A DNA stretch of 64,000 nt. Source: an uncultured virus (IMG/VR IMGVR_UViG_3300002220_000874) (taxonomy: Duplodnaviria > Heunggongvirae > Uroviricota > Caudoviricetes > Crassvirales). This document shows, one piece after another, positions 50,080 through 58,443 of the stretch. A program made the translations under genes and the position numbers. The stretch lies in IMG/VR virus record IMGVR_UViG_3300002220_000874. One strand, 5' to 3'. The notes under the pieces were generated by a model, which saw nothing but the letters and a program-made list of their open reading frames with translations, was not told the DNA's origin and did no database searches. Each line of letters begins with the position of its first letter. Within the stretch, counting starts at the first letter, position 1.

Positions 50080-50724
50080 TTAGTTGTTATACAAATTAGG
50101 TAATTCATAAGTATTATTCATTACATTATCAGCGATTTCTTCTAAATAATCTATTTTATAATGTTTAATTATACGATTAACAACATATACAATATAATAC
50201 GATGTGCGTTCATTAACATGATTTTTGTATATACGATAATGATAGAGTGCTTCATCTAAAAAATAAAATATGTCATCAAGTTTATATTTTTCTACTGTTG
50301 TATCCTTTAATGTAAGGTTTTTATCAGATATAATTTTTTTAATCATACGATTTATTTGTTCAGATGCAATAAGATTTTTATGATTATTATATACTTTAAA
50401 TACAGTAAGTCCAAACAGATAAAAATGATTAAATGAAAGAACAGGTACAGGTAATGCTTCGAGTAATATCATTTTAGTACATCCTCCTTTTCTCCCTAAA
50501 TCATCTAAATGTTTTCCTTCTGTTAATACTTTAAATAATCTAGGATTTTCAATACAAGCATGGATTTCATTAAAAAATATAGCAAGAAAAGGATGATGAT
50601 AATAATGCAATCATCCATCTGAACAAAGAGTACCATTTCCACTTGTTTCTATTGGTACATCTATTTCTCATTGACAATCATTATAAGTAGTCATTTCGGG
50701 AGTTGTTAGTTTATATTTTATCAT
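50080..50724 (-). CDS. 214 aa phage protein with two in-frame TGA codons at predicted Trp positions
   Basis: MIKYKLTTPEMTTYNDCQ-TGA-EIDVPIETSGNGTLCSDG-TGA-LHYYHHP... is in frame with the 176 aa track ORF. Confidence 0.7.
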
Positions 50725-50805
50725 TGGATATAAGATTAATAATTTAATATTATTGTTCGTAAAAAAATTAATAGAGTAGCGTAGCCCAATAAGGCATTAG
50801 GATTA

Positions 50806-50839
50806 AATAAGTAGGACAAGAGTTTATATCCTACTTATT
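50806..50839 (-). terminator. Hairpin / probable terminator
   Basis: AATAAGTAGGA ... TCCTACTTATT 11-bp inverted repeat. Confidence 0.55.
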
Positions 50840-51016
50840 GGCTCATGTTATTTGAGATAATGTTCTACCTCATTCTTCAAGAAGTGAACGCTTGTATTGC
50901 TAATTTTATAATGAGGTTGAGCATTACACAATAGTTTATACATATCGTTCACGATTTATGTGATGTCTTAGTTTATTAGTGTTCATTGCATTATGCCATA
51001 TCAATAGTTGTATGTG

Positions 51017-51364
51017 TTAGTTCATTATGAGATTGTATTTATCTACTAAAATCTTTAAGTTATTTAAAGTAACAGCAATGAATAAATAATAGGTTACTTT
51101 ATTAATATTACTACAGTATCCTATTTCTCCATATTGTGCGTCTTTGTATTGTATACTTCTATCAATACAAACATTATGATATATTTTAGCACAACCGTTA
51201 AGCATTTCTTGTATTGTTTTATTAGTAGTTCTATGTCTTTTCCAATCTACGCCATCATTCTTTATTTCAATATGAGTATCATATGATAGCATAACTGCAT
51301 CTTTAAAAAACTGTTTAAGTTGTCTTTTACTTAAATGTTTAAGACTGTGAAATCCTGTTTGCAT
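51017..51364 (-). CDS. Hypothetical protein
   Basis: 115 aa ORF. Confidence 0.6.
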   Translation of the reverse strand: MQTGFHSLKHLSKRQLKQFFKDAVMLSYDTHIEIKNDGVDWKRHRTTNKTIQEMLNGCAKIYHNVCIDRSIQYKDAQYGEIGYCSNINKVTYYLFIAVTLNNLKILVDKYNLIMN

Positions 51365-51378
51365 ACTTAGAATATTAG

Positions 51379-51531
51379 TTAAATATTATTTAATTCATCT
51401 ACAATTCTTTTTCTGTTTGTTTCTGCCCATGTTAGCCATTTATCTATTAGGATAAATATTGTAACAAATGGCAGTACAACTAATGCTCCTATTTGGAACA
51501 TTATAATTAAGAACCAGGTTAGTATTTTCAT
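51379..51531 (-). CDS. Small membrane protein (probable start MKILTWFL)
   Basis: Hydrophobic helix with a charged tail; the internal ATG is preferred over the TTG start at 51579. Confidence 0.45.
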   Translation of the reverse strand: MKILTWFLIIMFQIGALVVLPFVTIFILIDKWLTWAETNRKRIVDELNNI

Positions 51532-51778
51532 GATTAAAATAATTAAGTGATTAATTAATAGTTTTGTTTCGATGCTCAATTACATCATCATCAGTATGAA
51601 CAATAGTTCATAAACAAAGAGTTATAAAAAGAGATTTAGTAGAGAGAGTTAATTAAATGTAATAATAAATATAACTATTTTTCTTAATTTGATGTTATAG
51701 ATAAAGAGATTAAAAAAAGATTTAGTAGAAAATAGTTTATGTTATTGAGAGGATTAGATTTGTGTTATCAATTAAGAG

Positions 51779-51815
51779 AATGAGAAAGATGGGAATAGGC
51801 TCCATCTTTCTCATT
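51779..51815. terminator. 14-bp hairpin downstream of an early gene
   Basis: AATGAGAAAGATGG ... CCATCTTTCTCATT. Confidence 0.65.
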
Positions 51816-51831
51816 TTATAATAAGTTGCAA

Positions 51832-52365
51832 TTATATCTTCATAGCCATCGCAACTTGTTCTTTAATCTCCTCATCGCTGAACCCTGCCGCCATCAAAGC
51901 GGTTCTCATCTCTTTGATATCTTTTGCTAGGTTCTCACGTCTGAGGTCATATTTCACCTGATCTTTCGCCCTAGTAGTTAGAGCAATAGACTCAAAAGTA
52001 CTTAGTCCGATTACTTCTCTAAGAGAGTAACCAGAAGACTTATGGCTTTGAATTACACCTTTATCGTCTTTGTAAGACGTAACACCTTCTACGTGTTTTT
52101 CAAGCACTACAGAAAGTTGGTTACCCTTAACTACGATATCTGCGTATTTCTTGTTGTCAGCAGTGAATTTCTCAAGCTGACCGTCAGATGTAATCGCTTT
52201 AAAATGTTGACCTGTCTTAGCGTCATAAATCGTAACGAGTGTTCCTAATACTTCGTTAGACTTATTTTTCATCTCATTAACTCCAACAATCTCTCCTGAG
52301 ATTGTAATCTGTTCGGGAGCTACGATTGTAGCTTCAACCACTTTACCTTTTTTCTCTTCTGCCAT
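51832..52365 (-). CDS. Early protein, possible OB-fold; paralogue of 52532-53011
   Basis: 177 aa; shares SG.IV.V...VTI.D and H..G.TSY..G....H.S.G with its neighbour. Confidence 0.65.
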   Translation of the reverse strand: MAEEKKGKVVEATIVAPEQITISGEIVGVNEMKNKSNEVLGTLVTIYDAKTGQHFKAITSDGQLEKFTADNKKYADIVVKGNQLSVVLEKHVEGVTSYKDDKGVIQSHKSSGYSLREVIGLSTFESIALTTRAKDQVKYDLRRENLAKDIKEMRTALMAAGFSDEEIKEQVAMAMKI

Positions 52366-52489
52366 GATTTCTATGTATTAGTTTAAAAATTAATGAAAGT
52401 AGATTTTTATAATTAACCTACCATTGTCAAGTTTCAGTAGGGGAATTGATAACACGTAGTTAACTATGATAACACTGGGGTTTTTAAAA

Positions 52490-52525
52490 AATAAAGTTGG
52501 GAAGTATTTCATCCCCAACTTTATT
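52490..52525 (-). terminator. Intrinsic terminator
   Basis: AATAAAGTTGGG ... CCCAACTTTATT with a U-tract on the minus strand. Confidence 0.65.
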
Positions 52526-52531
52526 CGTAGC

Positions 52532-53011
52532 TTAATCTTTCAAGTGCTTCATTAAGAACTCAGCTCTCTCAATACCACTAAGTTTGCTGCTATCAGCTAT
52601 CTTCATAACCTTCACATTGTGAGCAGTATGTTCACCTAATGTGGCAATGTTATATAACCATATACCATCACTAGTGTGAACATGAACAATACCATCCTTA
52701 ACATAAGATGTCTCACCTTTACGATGAACATCTACGTCAAGTACATGACGCTCTCCTTTTTTGAGAACTTCAAGGAACTTAATCCCTTTCTTCTCAAATG
52801 TTTCAGCCACCTCCTTGCTCACATAGATGGCGAATAACTCGATAGCATCCTCTACGTCTAATTTGTAGTAGGTATAATTTTTGTTATTGATAAGAGTTAC
52901 GTCATGGATAGTAACCACCATTCTATCAGTGATAGAATTAGCAGTTACCTCAACGATACTACCGCTCACTTTTGTAGACTTAGCTACACCTTTTACTCTA
53001 CGATTTGCCAT
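52532..53011 (-). CDS. Early protein, paralogue of 51832-52365
   Basis: 159 aa; shares the motifs listed for its neighbour. Confidence 0.65.
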   Translation of the reverse strand: MANRRVKGVAKSTKVSGSIVEVTANSITDRMVVTIHDVTLINNKNYTYYKLDVEDAIELFAIYVSKEVAETFEKKGIKFLEVLKKGERHVLDVDVHRKGETSYVKDGIVHVHTSDGIWLYNIATLGEHTAHNVKVMKIADSSKLSGIERAEFLMKHLKD

Positions 53012-53110
53012 AATACAATTCCCATTTGCAGAGGTGCAGGGATTTTTAGCACTTGCTATTAGTTTAAAATCAAATAAGAGTAGAGGAATTGATACCTCTA
53101 CTCTCAGATA

Positions 53111-53338
53111 TTATAATGGTAATAATTCTACTACAAATCTATTATATACTGTAAAACTATTACCAAATTGATAAGGTGAACGTAAATGCTTTATTGCATT
53201 TACTTTAGGAGATAATGAAAGAGTATTATTGAATTCTACTACTTGAGAATCCTCTCCTCCTGATGTCCAATCAATCAGTTTTTCTTTTTCTTTTTGACAT
53301 CCATACGTTGTCTTAAAGTAATGAACTATTGCTATCAT
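53111..53338 (-). CDS. Hypothetical protein
   Basis: 75 aa ORF followed by a hairpin at 53077-53104. Confidence 0.5.
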   Translation of the reverse strand: MIAIVHYFKTTYGCQKEKEKLIDWTSGGEDSQVVEFNNTLSLSPKVNAIKHLRSPYQFGNSFTVYNRFVVELLPL

Positions 53339-53506
53339 AATTCTAAATGTATTTAATTTGTCTACTATTTAGGGTTTCGACATTCCCTACTATTATTGTT
53401 AATATAGCTTCTTCTATAATAACGTTTGTGAAGTTATCATATTAAATAACTATATACAAAATAGCAAATAAGAGTAGGGCAATAGATACCCCACTCCTAT
53501 CAGGTA

Positions 53507-53731
53507 TTACTTGTTCTCCTGAACGAATTGTCTCAGGAGTTTTCCACTAAGACCACAATGGAGACCAACCTCCATTACGGTTTCCTCTCTCGTCTGATGA
53601 GAGAAGATAGCACTTACTTCTCTTTTTATAGAGGTGAGATCCTCTTTGCTAATAATAGTAGCACTACCATCAATACCGTAAACCGCATAGGTTGATTCAA
53701 CCTTACGATTACTGTTAAACAATCTTTTCAT
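53507..53731 (-). CDS. Hypothetical protein, first gene of the leftward early block
   Basis: 74 aa ORF followed by an imperfect hairpin at 53471-53499. Confidence 0.55.
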   Translation of the reverse strand: MKRLFNSNRKVESTYAVYGIDGSATIISKEDLTSIKREVSAIFSHQTREETVMEVGLHCGLSGKLLRQFVQENK

Positions 53732-54041
53732 GTTATATGAGTTTAGATTGTGATGCCTACTCTTTATAGGATTTTCAGCTTAACTCCTTGAAACTAGATA
53801 CGGGGGTATCTTCATTTCAATTTTGAGTAGGGGACTTCAGATATAATGGTTCCTCCTTTCTCTCACACAAACTATCCCTACCCTCTCTCAGTCTTCCTTA
53901 TATCTCATTCATAATCATATTTATATTTCCATTTATAATCATACTTATCTCATTCATATTTCCATTTATTTAATGTAATTTTATTATACTTTTATCATCA
54001 CTATTTGTACTACTTACAATTTCATTTAAAATATCATTCCT

Positions 54042-54076
54042 ATCATGTTTCTTCTCTTTCTATCGGTTAGAGTGTT
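54042..54076 (-). repeat. CCGATAG element, copy D
   Basis: Minus strand AACACTCTAACCGATAGAAAGAGAAGAAACATGAT; 34/35 identical to copy C. Confidence 0.9.
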
Positions 54077-54523
54077 AAATAACTCATCTGAAAGAGCGTA
54101 ATCTTTCAGTTCTACTAAAAGCTATTAATATGGGAGTTATTAAAAATAAAAAAACAGAAGCGATTGCCTCTGTTGAAATATTTATTAAAAAATTACAATT
54201 TTTATTTATTATTATATTTAAAGATTTAGTAGTTCATTAAGGAGTGATTAAAGTTAATTTTAAAAGTGTTTCAAAAAGTGTTTTAAATTTTATAAAAAAT
54301 ACCGCTTTGCTTTGCTTAACTTTAAAATGTAATTTCGATGTAATCGAAATTAGATATAGTTATCCTTTTTTTTAATTAAGTTTGCAAACAAACTTGCTTT
54401 GCTTTGTAAAGTTATAACTTTTTTTTGACATTAGCAATAGATTATATCAATTATTTTTAATTATTTTTTCATTCTTGGCTATACCTATATATTATATATA
54501 GGTGTAAAAAATGTATTATAGTA

Positions 54524-54554
54524 TTGTTTATATTGAAACTTTGATTTATCTTTG
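54524..54554 (+). promoter_or_regulatory. Bacteroidota primary-sigma promoter for the rightward block
   Basis: TTG-N20-TATCTTTG, 34 nt upstream of ATG 54589. Confidence 0.65.
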
Positions 54555-54588
54555 TTGTACGATATTATTAACCCTAATCTAAATTGAT

Positions 54589-55125
54589 ATGAAATTAAAG
54601 AGTTTTAATTATCCTGACTTTAAACAGTATGGAGAAAATAAGATAGGTCTTACTGCACCTGTTAATACTCAAGAAGCAAATGCTTGTAAACAGTATTTTA
54701 GAAACAGTAAAGGAGAAAAGGAAAGTGGTGATGCAGTTAGTGCATTAGATTTCTTTCCTACTGAAAACAATATTGTAATTGCTTCTGTTTGGCATCTTGC
54801 TCCACTTACCATTACAAATGAAGACCAATTAAGGAAAGAACCTCCTATTATTAATTTCCTTGTAGCTAAAGGAGCTAATGTATTAAATATTCAATTAGGA
54901 GAAGTATTAGAACTATCTCAAAATATCAATATTACTAAAGTTGATATTATGGATAATTCAAGAAATATGCTAGACTTAATTAAGCATTATCAAAATCCTT
55001 TAACTAAATTAGAAGGAAGTCAAACTACTAGACCAGTATTCGTAGTAGAATACTTTGTATTACCTGCTCATGGTGTTTTAGGTATATATGGTTCTCTTGA
55101 AACATTGTATGGACAAAAAGGATAG
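54589..55125 (+). CDS. Hypothetical protein
   Basis: 178 aa ORF, first gene of the rightward block. Confidence 0.6.
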   Translation: MKLKSFNYPDFKQYGENKIGLTAPVNTQEANACKQYFRNSKGEKESGDAVSALDFFPTENNIVIASVWHLAPLTITNEDQLRKEPPIINFLVAKGANVLNIQLGEVLELSQNINITKVDIMDNSRNMLDLIKHYQNPLTKLEGSQTTRPVFVVEYFVLPAHGVLGIYGSLETLYGQKG

Positions 55126-55591
55126 AAAGATAGACTTAGCAAAGTTAATCACAAAGATTAAAAAGTTTCACGATAAGACGTGTGATCAAATACGAGATAT
55201 GCTCTTGGATCACACGTTTTTTCATTACAACACAAGGTGGTATAATAGATTTAAAAAACTTGATAAAGAAGTACAATCTCAAGTTGTAGATAAAGTAGTT
55301 AATATTCAATTTGAATATATTACTTTTGCTATGAATAAAAAACAAACTCCAATTGTTTTAGAAGGACTAGGTAAATTTATTATAAAACAAGGTAGAAGAG
55401 ATTTTTTAGATTTAATTAAATCTCCTGAATTTGATGGAGATATAGATGCGGCAGTAGAAGCAACTAAAGAAAAGATTAAATTAAGACAACAAGCTAAGTA
55501 CGAACATAGATTAAATCGTAAAGGTAAATCAACTCCTGTAATTACAATCTTATCATGGAAAAACTCAGAAAACTGTTCTTTGACCCAGTAG
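55088..55591 (+). CDS. HU/IHF-like DNA-binding protein
   Basis: IVLEGLGKFIIK beta-arm motif; basic; true start probably the internal ATG (MDKKDRK). Confidence 0.5.
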   Translation: MVLLKHCMDKKDRKIDLAKLITKIKKFHDKTCDQIRDMLLDHTFFHYNTRWYNRFKKLDKEVQSQVVDKVVNIQFEYITFAMNKKQTPIVLEGLGKFIIKQGRRDFLDLIKSPEFDGDIDAAVEATKEKIKLRQQAKYEHRLNRKGKSTPVITILSWKNSENCSLTQ

Positions 55592-56502
55592 TACATAAAT
55601 ATACAGATGAATTTGGAAATGAATATACAAGTATGACTACTTGTATAAAACATTATACTGAAGATTTTAAAAAAGTAGATATTGCTAGAGCTTGTGAAAA
55701 GATAGGAAGAAACCCTAATCATCCTAAATATGAGAAATATAAAAATAAGACTGCAAAACAGTTAATGTATGAATGGGATAAAACAGCTAAAGATGCTTGT
55801 GAAAAAGGAACACTTAAACATAATTATTTAGAAGAGATAATTAAAAATAGTACAAACTATGTTAGTGCTTTAAAGAAATATACAGGTACTAGGATATATA
55901 CTATTCAAGATATAATTGAAGACCATGAGTTTGGTGAAATTGATTTAAACTATTTCATTGAAAGTGGATTACCTTCAAAGTATCCTTCTATATATACTAT
56001 AATAGAAACACTACATAAACAAGGATATAGGTTTTATGCTGAGATAGCAGTATTTGACCCTGATAGATTAATATCAGGTTTAGTTGACTTATTGGCTGTT
56101 GACCATAATGCTAAACAGTTTTTTATAATTGATTGGAAAACTAATAGAGCAACTATTACTTTTAAATCAGGATATTTTGAGAAAGACTCTAAAGGAGAAT
56201 TAACTGAAAACTTTATAGAAAAGAATGATTATTTTTGTCCTCCTGTGGATAGTATTCCTGATAGTATAGGACATAAGTATTCAATGCAGTTATCAGGATA
56301 TGCAGCATTAATTGAATTATATGGATTTAAAAATAAAGGTAATATTATCTGTCATATCCAAGAAAAGAAAGATATTATAGGTAATCCTATAGAAATTGTA
56401 AATACTGTAGTAGCTAAAGATTTAAGAGAACAAGCAATTATAATGTTTAATGATTATCACTATAACAGACAAATTAAAACAAATAAAAAACTATTTTTAT
56501 GA
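55555..56502 (+). CDS. PD-(D/E)XK (Cas4/RecB-like) nuclease
   Basis: H.Y, GT..H, AE...SGLVDLL, IIDWKT, Y..QLSGYA. Confidence 0.85.
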   Translation: MEKLRKLFFDPVVHKYTDEFGNEYTSMTTCIKHYTEDFKKVDIARACEKIGRNPNHPKYEKYKNKTAKQLMYEWDKTAKDACEKGTLKHNYLEEIIKNSTNYVSALKKYTGTRIYTIQDIIEDHEFGEIDLNYFIESGLPSKYPSIYTIIETLHKQGYRFYAEIAVFDPDRLISGLVDLLAVDHNAKQFFIIDWKTNRATITFKSGYFEKDSKGELTENFIEKNDYFCPPVDSIPDSIGHKYSMQLSGYAALIELYGFKNKGNIICHIQEKKDIIGNPIEIVNTVVAKDLREQAIIMFNDYHYNRQIKTNKKLFL

Positions 56503-57218
56503 TTAAATCTATTAATATAAATGCGCTAAAGAGAACAGCAAAAAGAAATAATTGGGTTATCTTTGATAATCATACAAAAGCGTATGATTTAAACCTTTGG
56601 GTAATAAGAAGCGCAAATCGAGAAGCAGGAATCTTCGATGATACCCTAATAGTATTTTGGAAAGTTGATGCAGTTAAATGGGAATATAGATTTTATAGAG
56701 TTACAGCTGACCCAAGCGAAGTATCTTTATTTAATTCTAAAAATGATTTAGGTGTTGCTATAATTAAACAAGGACAACATCGTGGTGCATGGGCATTAGG
56801 ATTACATAAAGGTCAATATGATGCTCTTGTTCAAGTTGGTAACATTACTGTAATAAGAGATTTTAATCAAGACGAATGGTTAGATATTCCTGACTGTGAT
56901 GAATTAAGTCATTGGAAGAATGTTGCTCCTTATCGAATAAATGTATATAAAAGACAAGGTAGATTAGTAACAGAGTATCTTAAAAATGAACAAATACTAT
57001 ATAGAACAGAAGTTGGTTCAAATATGGGTATTAATTGTCATAGAGCAAGTTCTTGGAAAATACTTGAAAGAGTAGGATTATACTCTGAGGGATGTGTAGT
57101 TCATCATGACCCTGTTAAATATAAAGACGAGTTTATTCCTTTAATGAAACAAAGTGCTGCTAATTGGGATAATAAGTTCTCATTCGTACTATGCCATGAA
57201 GAGCAGTTATATTACTAA
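56499..57218 (+). CDS. Putative endolysin with L,D-transpeptidase-like H...S.GC active site
   Basis: FDD, GLHKG.Y.ALVQ, GINCHRA...VGLYSEGC; lies upstream of two membrane-protein genes. Confidence 0.6.
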   Translation: MIKSININALKRTAKRNNWVIFDNHTKAYDLNLWVIRSANREAGIFDDTLIVFWKVDAVKWEYRFYRVTADPSEVSLFNSKNDLGVAIIKQGQHRGAWALGLHKGQYDALVQVGNITVIRDFNQDEWLDIPDCDELSHWKNVAPYRINVYKRQGRLVTEYLKNEQILYRTEVGSNMGINCHRASSWKILERVGLYSEGCVVHHDPVKYKDEFIPLMKQSAANWDNKFSFVLCHEEQLYY

Positions 57219-57528
57219 TATATTGTTACTTATAGTAATCATTGGATTACTTAAAGTTATTATGTTTCCTACTCCTGTAGAATACACTCCTCAAGAGTAT
57301 CAAAGCATATTAATAAAACTTGATAGTATATATAAGGTAAATGATAGTATTTTAAATCAAATTAATAATAGGTTATCTGAATTAGAAACAAGTGAAACCA
57401 CAATAATAAATAATCATGCAAGTACAAAAAATGCTATTCTGTTTGGCGATATGTCTAATGATGATATTGCCTTGTTTATCGCAAACCAAATACGAGATAG
57501 ACAAAAAACATTACTACTGTTACAATGA
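57196..57528 (+). CDS. N-terminally anchored membrane protein (i-spanin-like candidate)
   Basis: Likely ATG 57196; transmembrane segment ILLLIVIIGLLKVIMF followed by a coiled coil. Confidence 0.5.
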   Translation: MKSSYITNILLLIVIIGLLKVIMFPTPVEYTPQEYQSILIKLDSIYKVNDSILNQINNRLSELETSETTIINNHASTKNAILFGDMSNDDIALFIANQIRDRQKTLLLLQ

Positions 57529-57832
57529 AGAAGAAAATAAAATAATAGCAGTATTATTAGATGATAGAAATGAATATTTATCTTTAATTGAATTATGTAA
57601 AAGTAGAAACTTTGAATATATGAATAAGATAAATATATTAGAATCTAATGTTGTTGCTACTAAAGAAGCTTTATCTGAATTAGTTAAAAAAATGGATATT
57701 GAGATTAATAAGAATAAAGCATTAACTGTTGCTCTTTGTGAAACAGAAGATAAATTAGATACTACTCGTAAAGTAGCGATAGGTTCACTCTCATTGAATA
57801 TACTTTTAATAATAGGACTAATTCTTATATAA
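57416..57832 (+). CDS. Secreted coiled-coil protein with C-terminal TM (spanin-like candidate)
   Basis: Signal peptide-like N-terminus ending CLSQ, coiled coil, C-terminal hydrophobic helix; overlaps the previous gene by 113 nt. Confidence 0.5.
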   Translation: MQVQKMLFCLAICLMMILPCLSQTKYEIDKKHYYCYNEEENKIIAVLLDDRNEYLSLIELCKSRNFEYMNKINILESNVVATKEALSELVKKMDIEINKNKALTVALCETEDKLDTTRKVAIGSLSLNILLIIGLILI

Positions 57833-58443
57833 TGGAACTGTTTATTAGAAAAAATAATGATATTCATGTAGCTTTTGACGAACTTTGGATATATCCAGAG
57901 TTTAAACCTATACTAAATAAGTATGGTAAAAACGATAACACTCTTGAGAAGATACTGAAATATATTTATTTCACTTCTAGTTCAAAAGCTCTTCCTCAAC
58001 AGAAAGGATATAGTTCTAAAGAAGCACATGAATATGCAATTAAGAAAGCAGGATTAGATGATAAGTTTATAGTACTAGATGAGATTAAAGTTGCTCAAAA
58101 GTTTTACAGAGAATTTAACACTAATCCTTTAATTGAATATATTGAAAATATTACTAAGTCATTGAGATTAGGAAATAAGATATGTAAGTACATAATTGAT
58201 AATCAAGTTATAGAAGAGAAGATGAGCCTTGAAACTTTAACTGCTGTTACAGGTTCTATTAAAGAAGTCCTATCATTATCTAACTCTATTAATACTTCAA
58301 TTCCTAAATTGTTAGACAACATTAAAGAATTAAAGAAATTAGAAGATATAGATAATGAAGCAACAGGAGATAAGATAAGAGGTACTAATCAAACTGTTCC
58401 TGATAGTTTTGACGCAAAAGGAGAAATAGAAGACGATGATTGA
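57832..58443 (+). CDS. Probable terminase small subunit
   Basis: 203 aa helical protein directly upstream of and overlapping TerL; KYIYF and C-terminal RG motifs. Confidence 0.5.
   Translation: MELFIRKNNDIHVAFDELWIYPEFKPILNKYGKNDNTLEKILKYIYFTSSSKALPQQKGYSSKEAHEYAIKKAGLDDKFIVLDEIKVAQKFYREFNTNPLIEYIENITKSLRLGNKICKYIIDNQVIEEKMSLETLTAVTGSIKEVLSLSNSINTSIPKLLDNIKELKKLEDIDNEATGDKIRGTNQTVPDSFDAKGEIEDDD

Larger units (their letters stand above)
53732..54588. other. Divergent non-coding control region (candidate early promoter, origin or genome-end region)
   Basis: ~850 nt without ORFs between divergent blocks, with palindromes, short direct repeats and strong strand skew. Confidence 0.6.
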
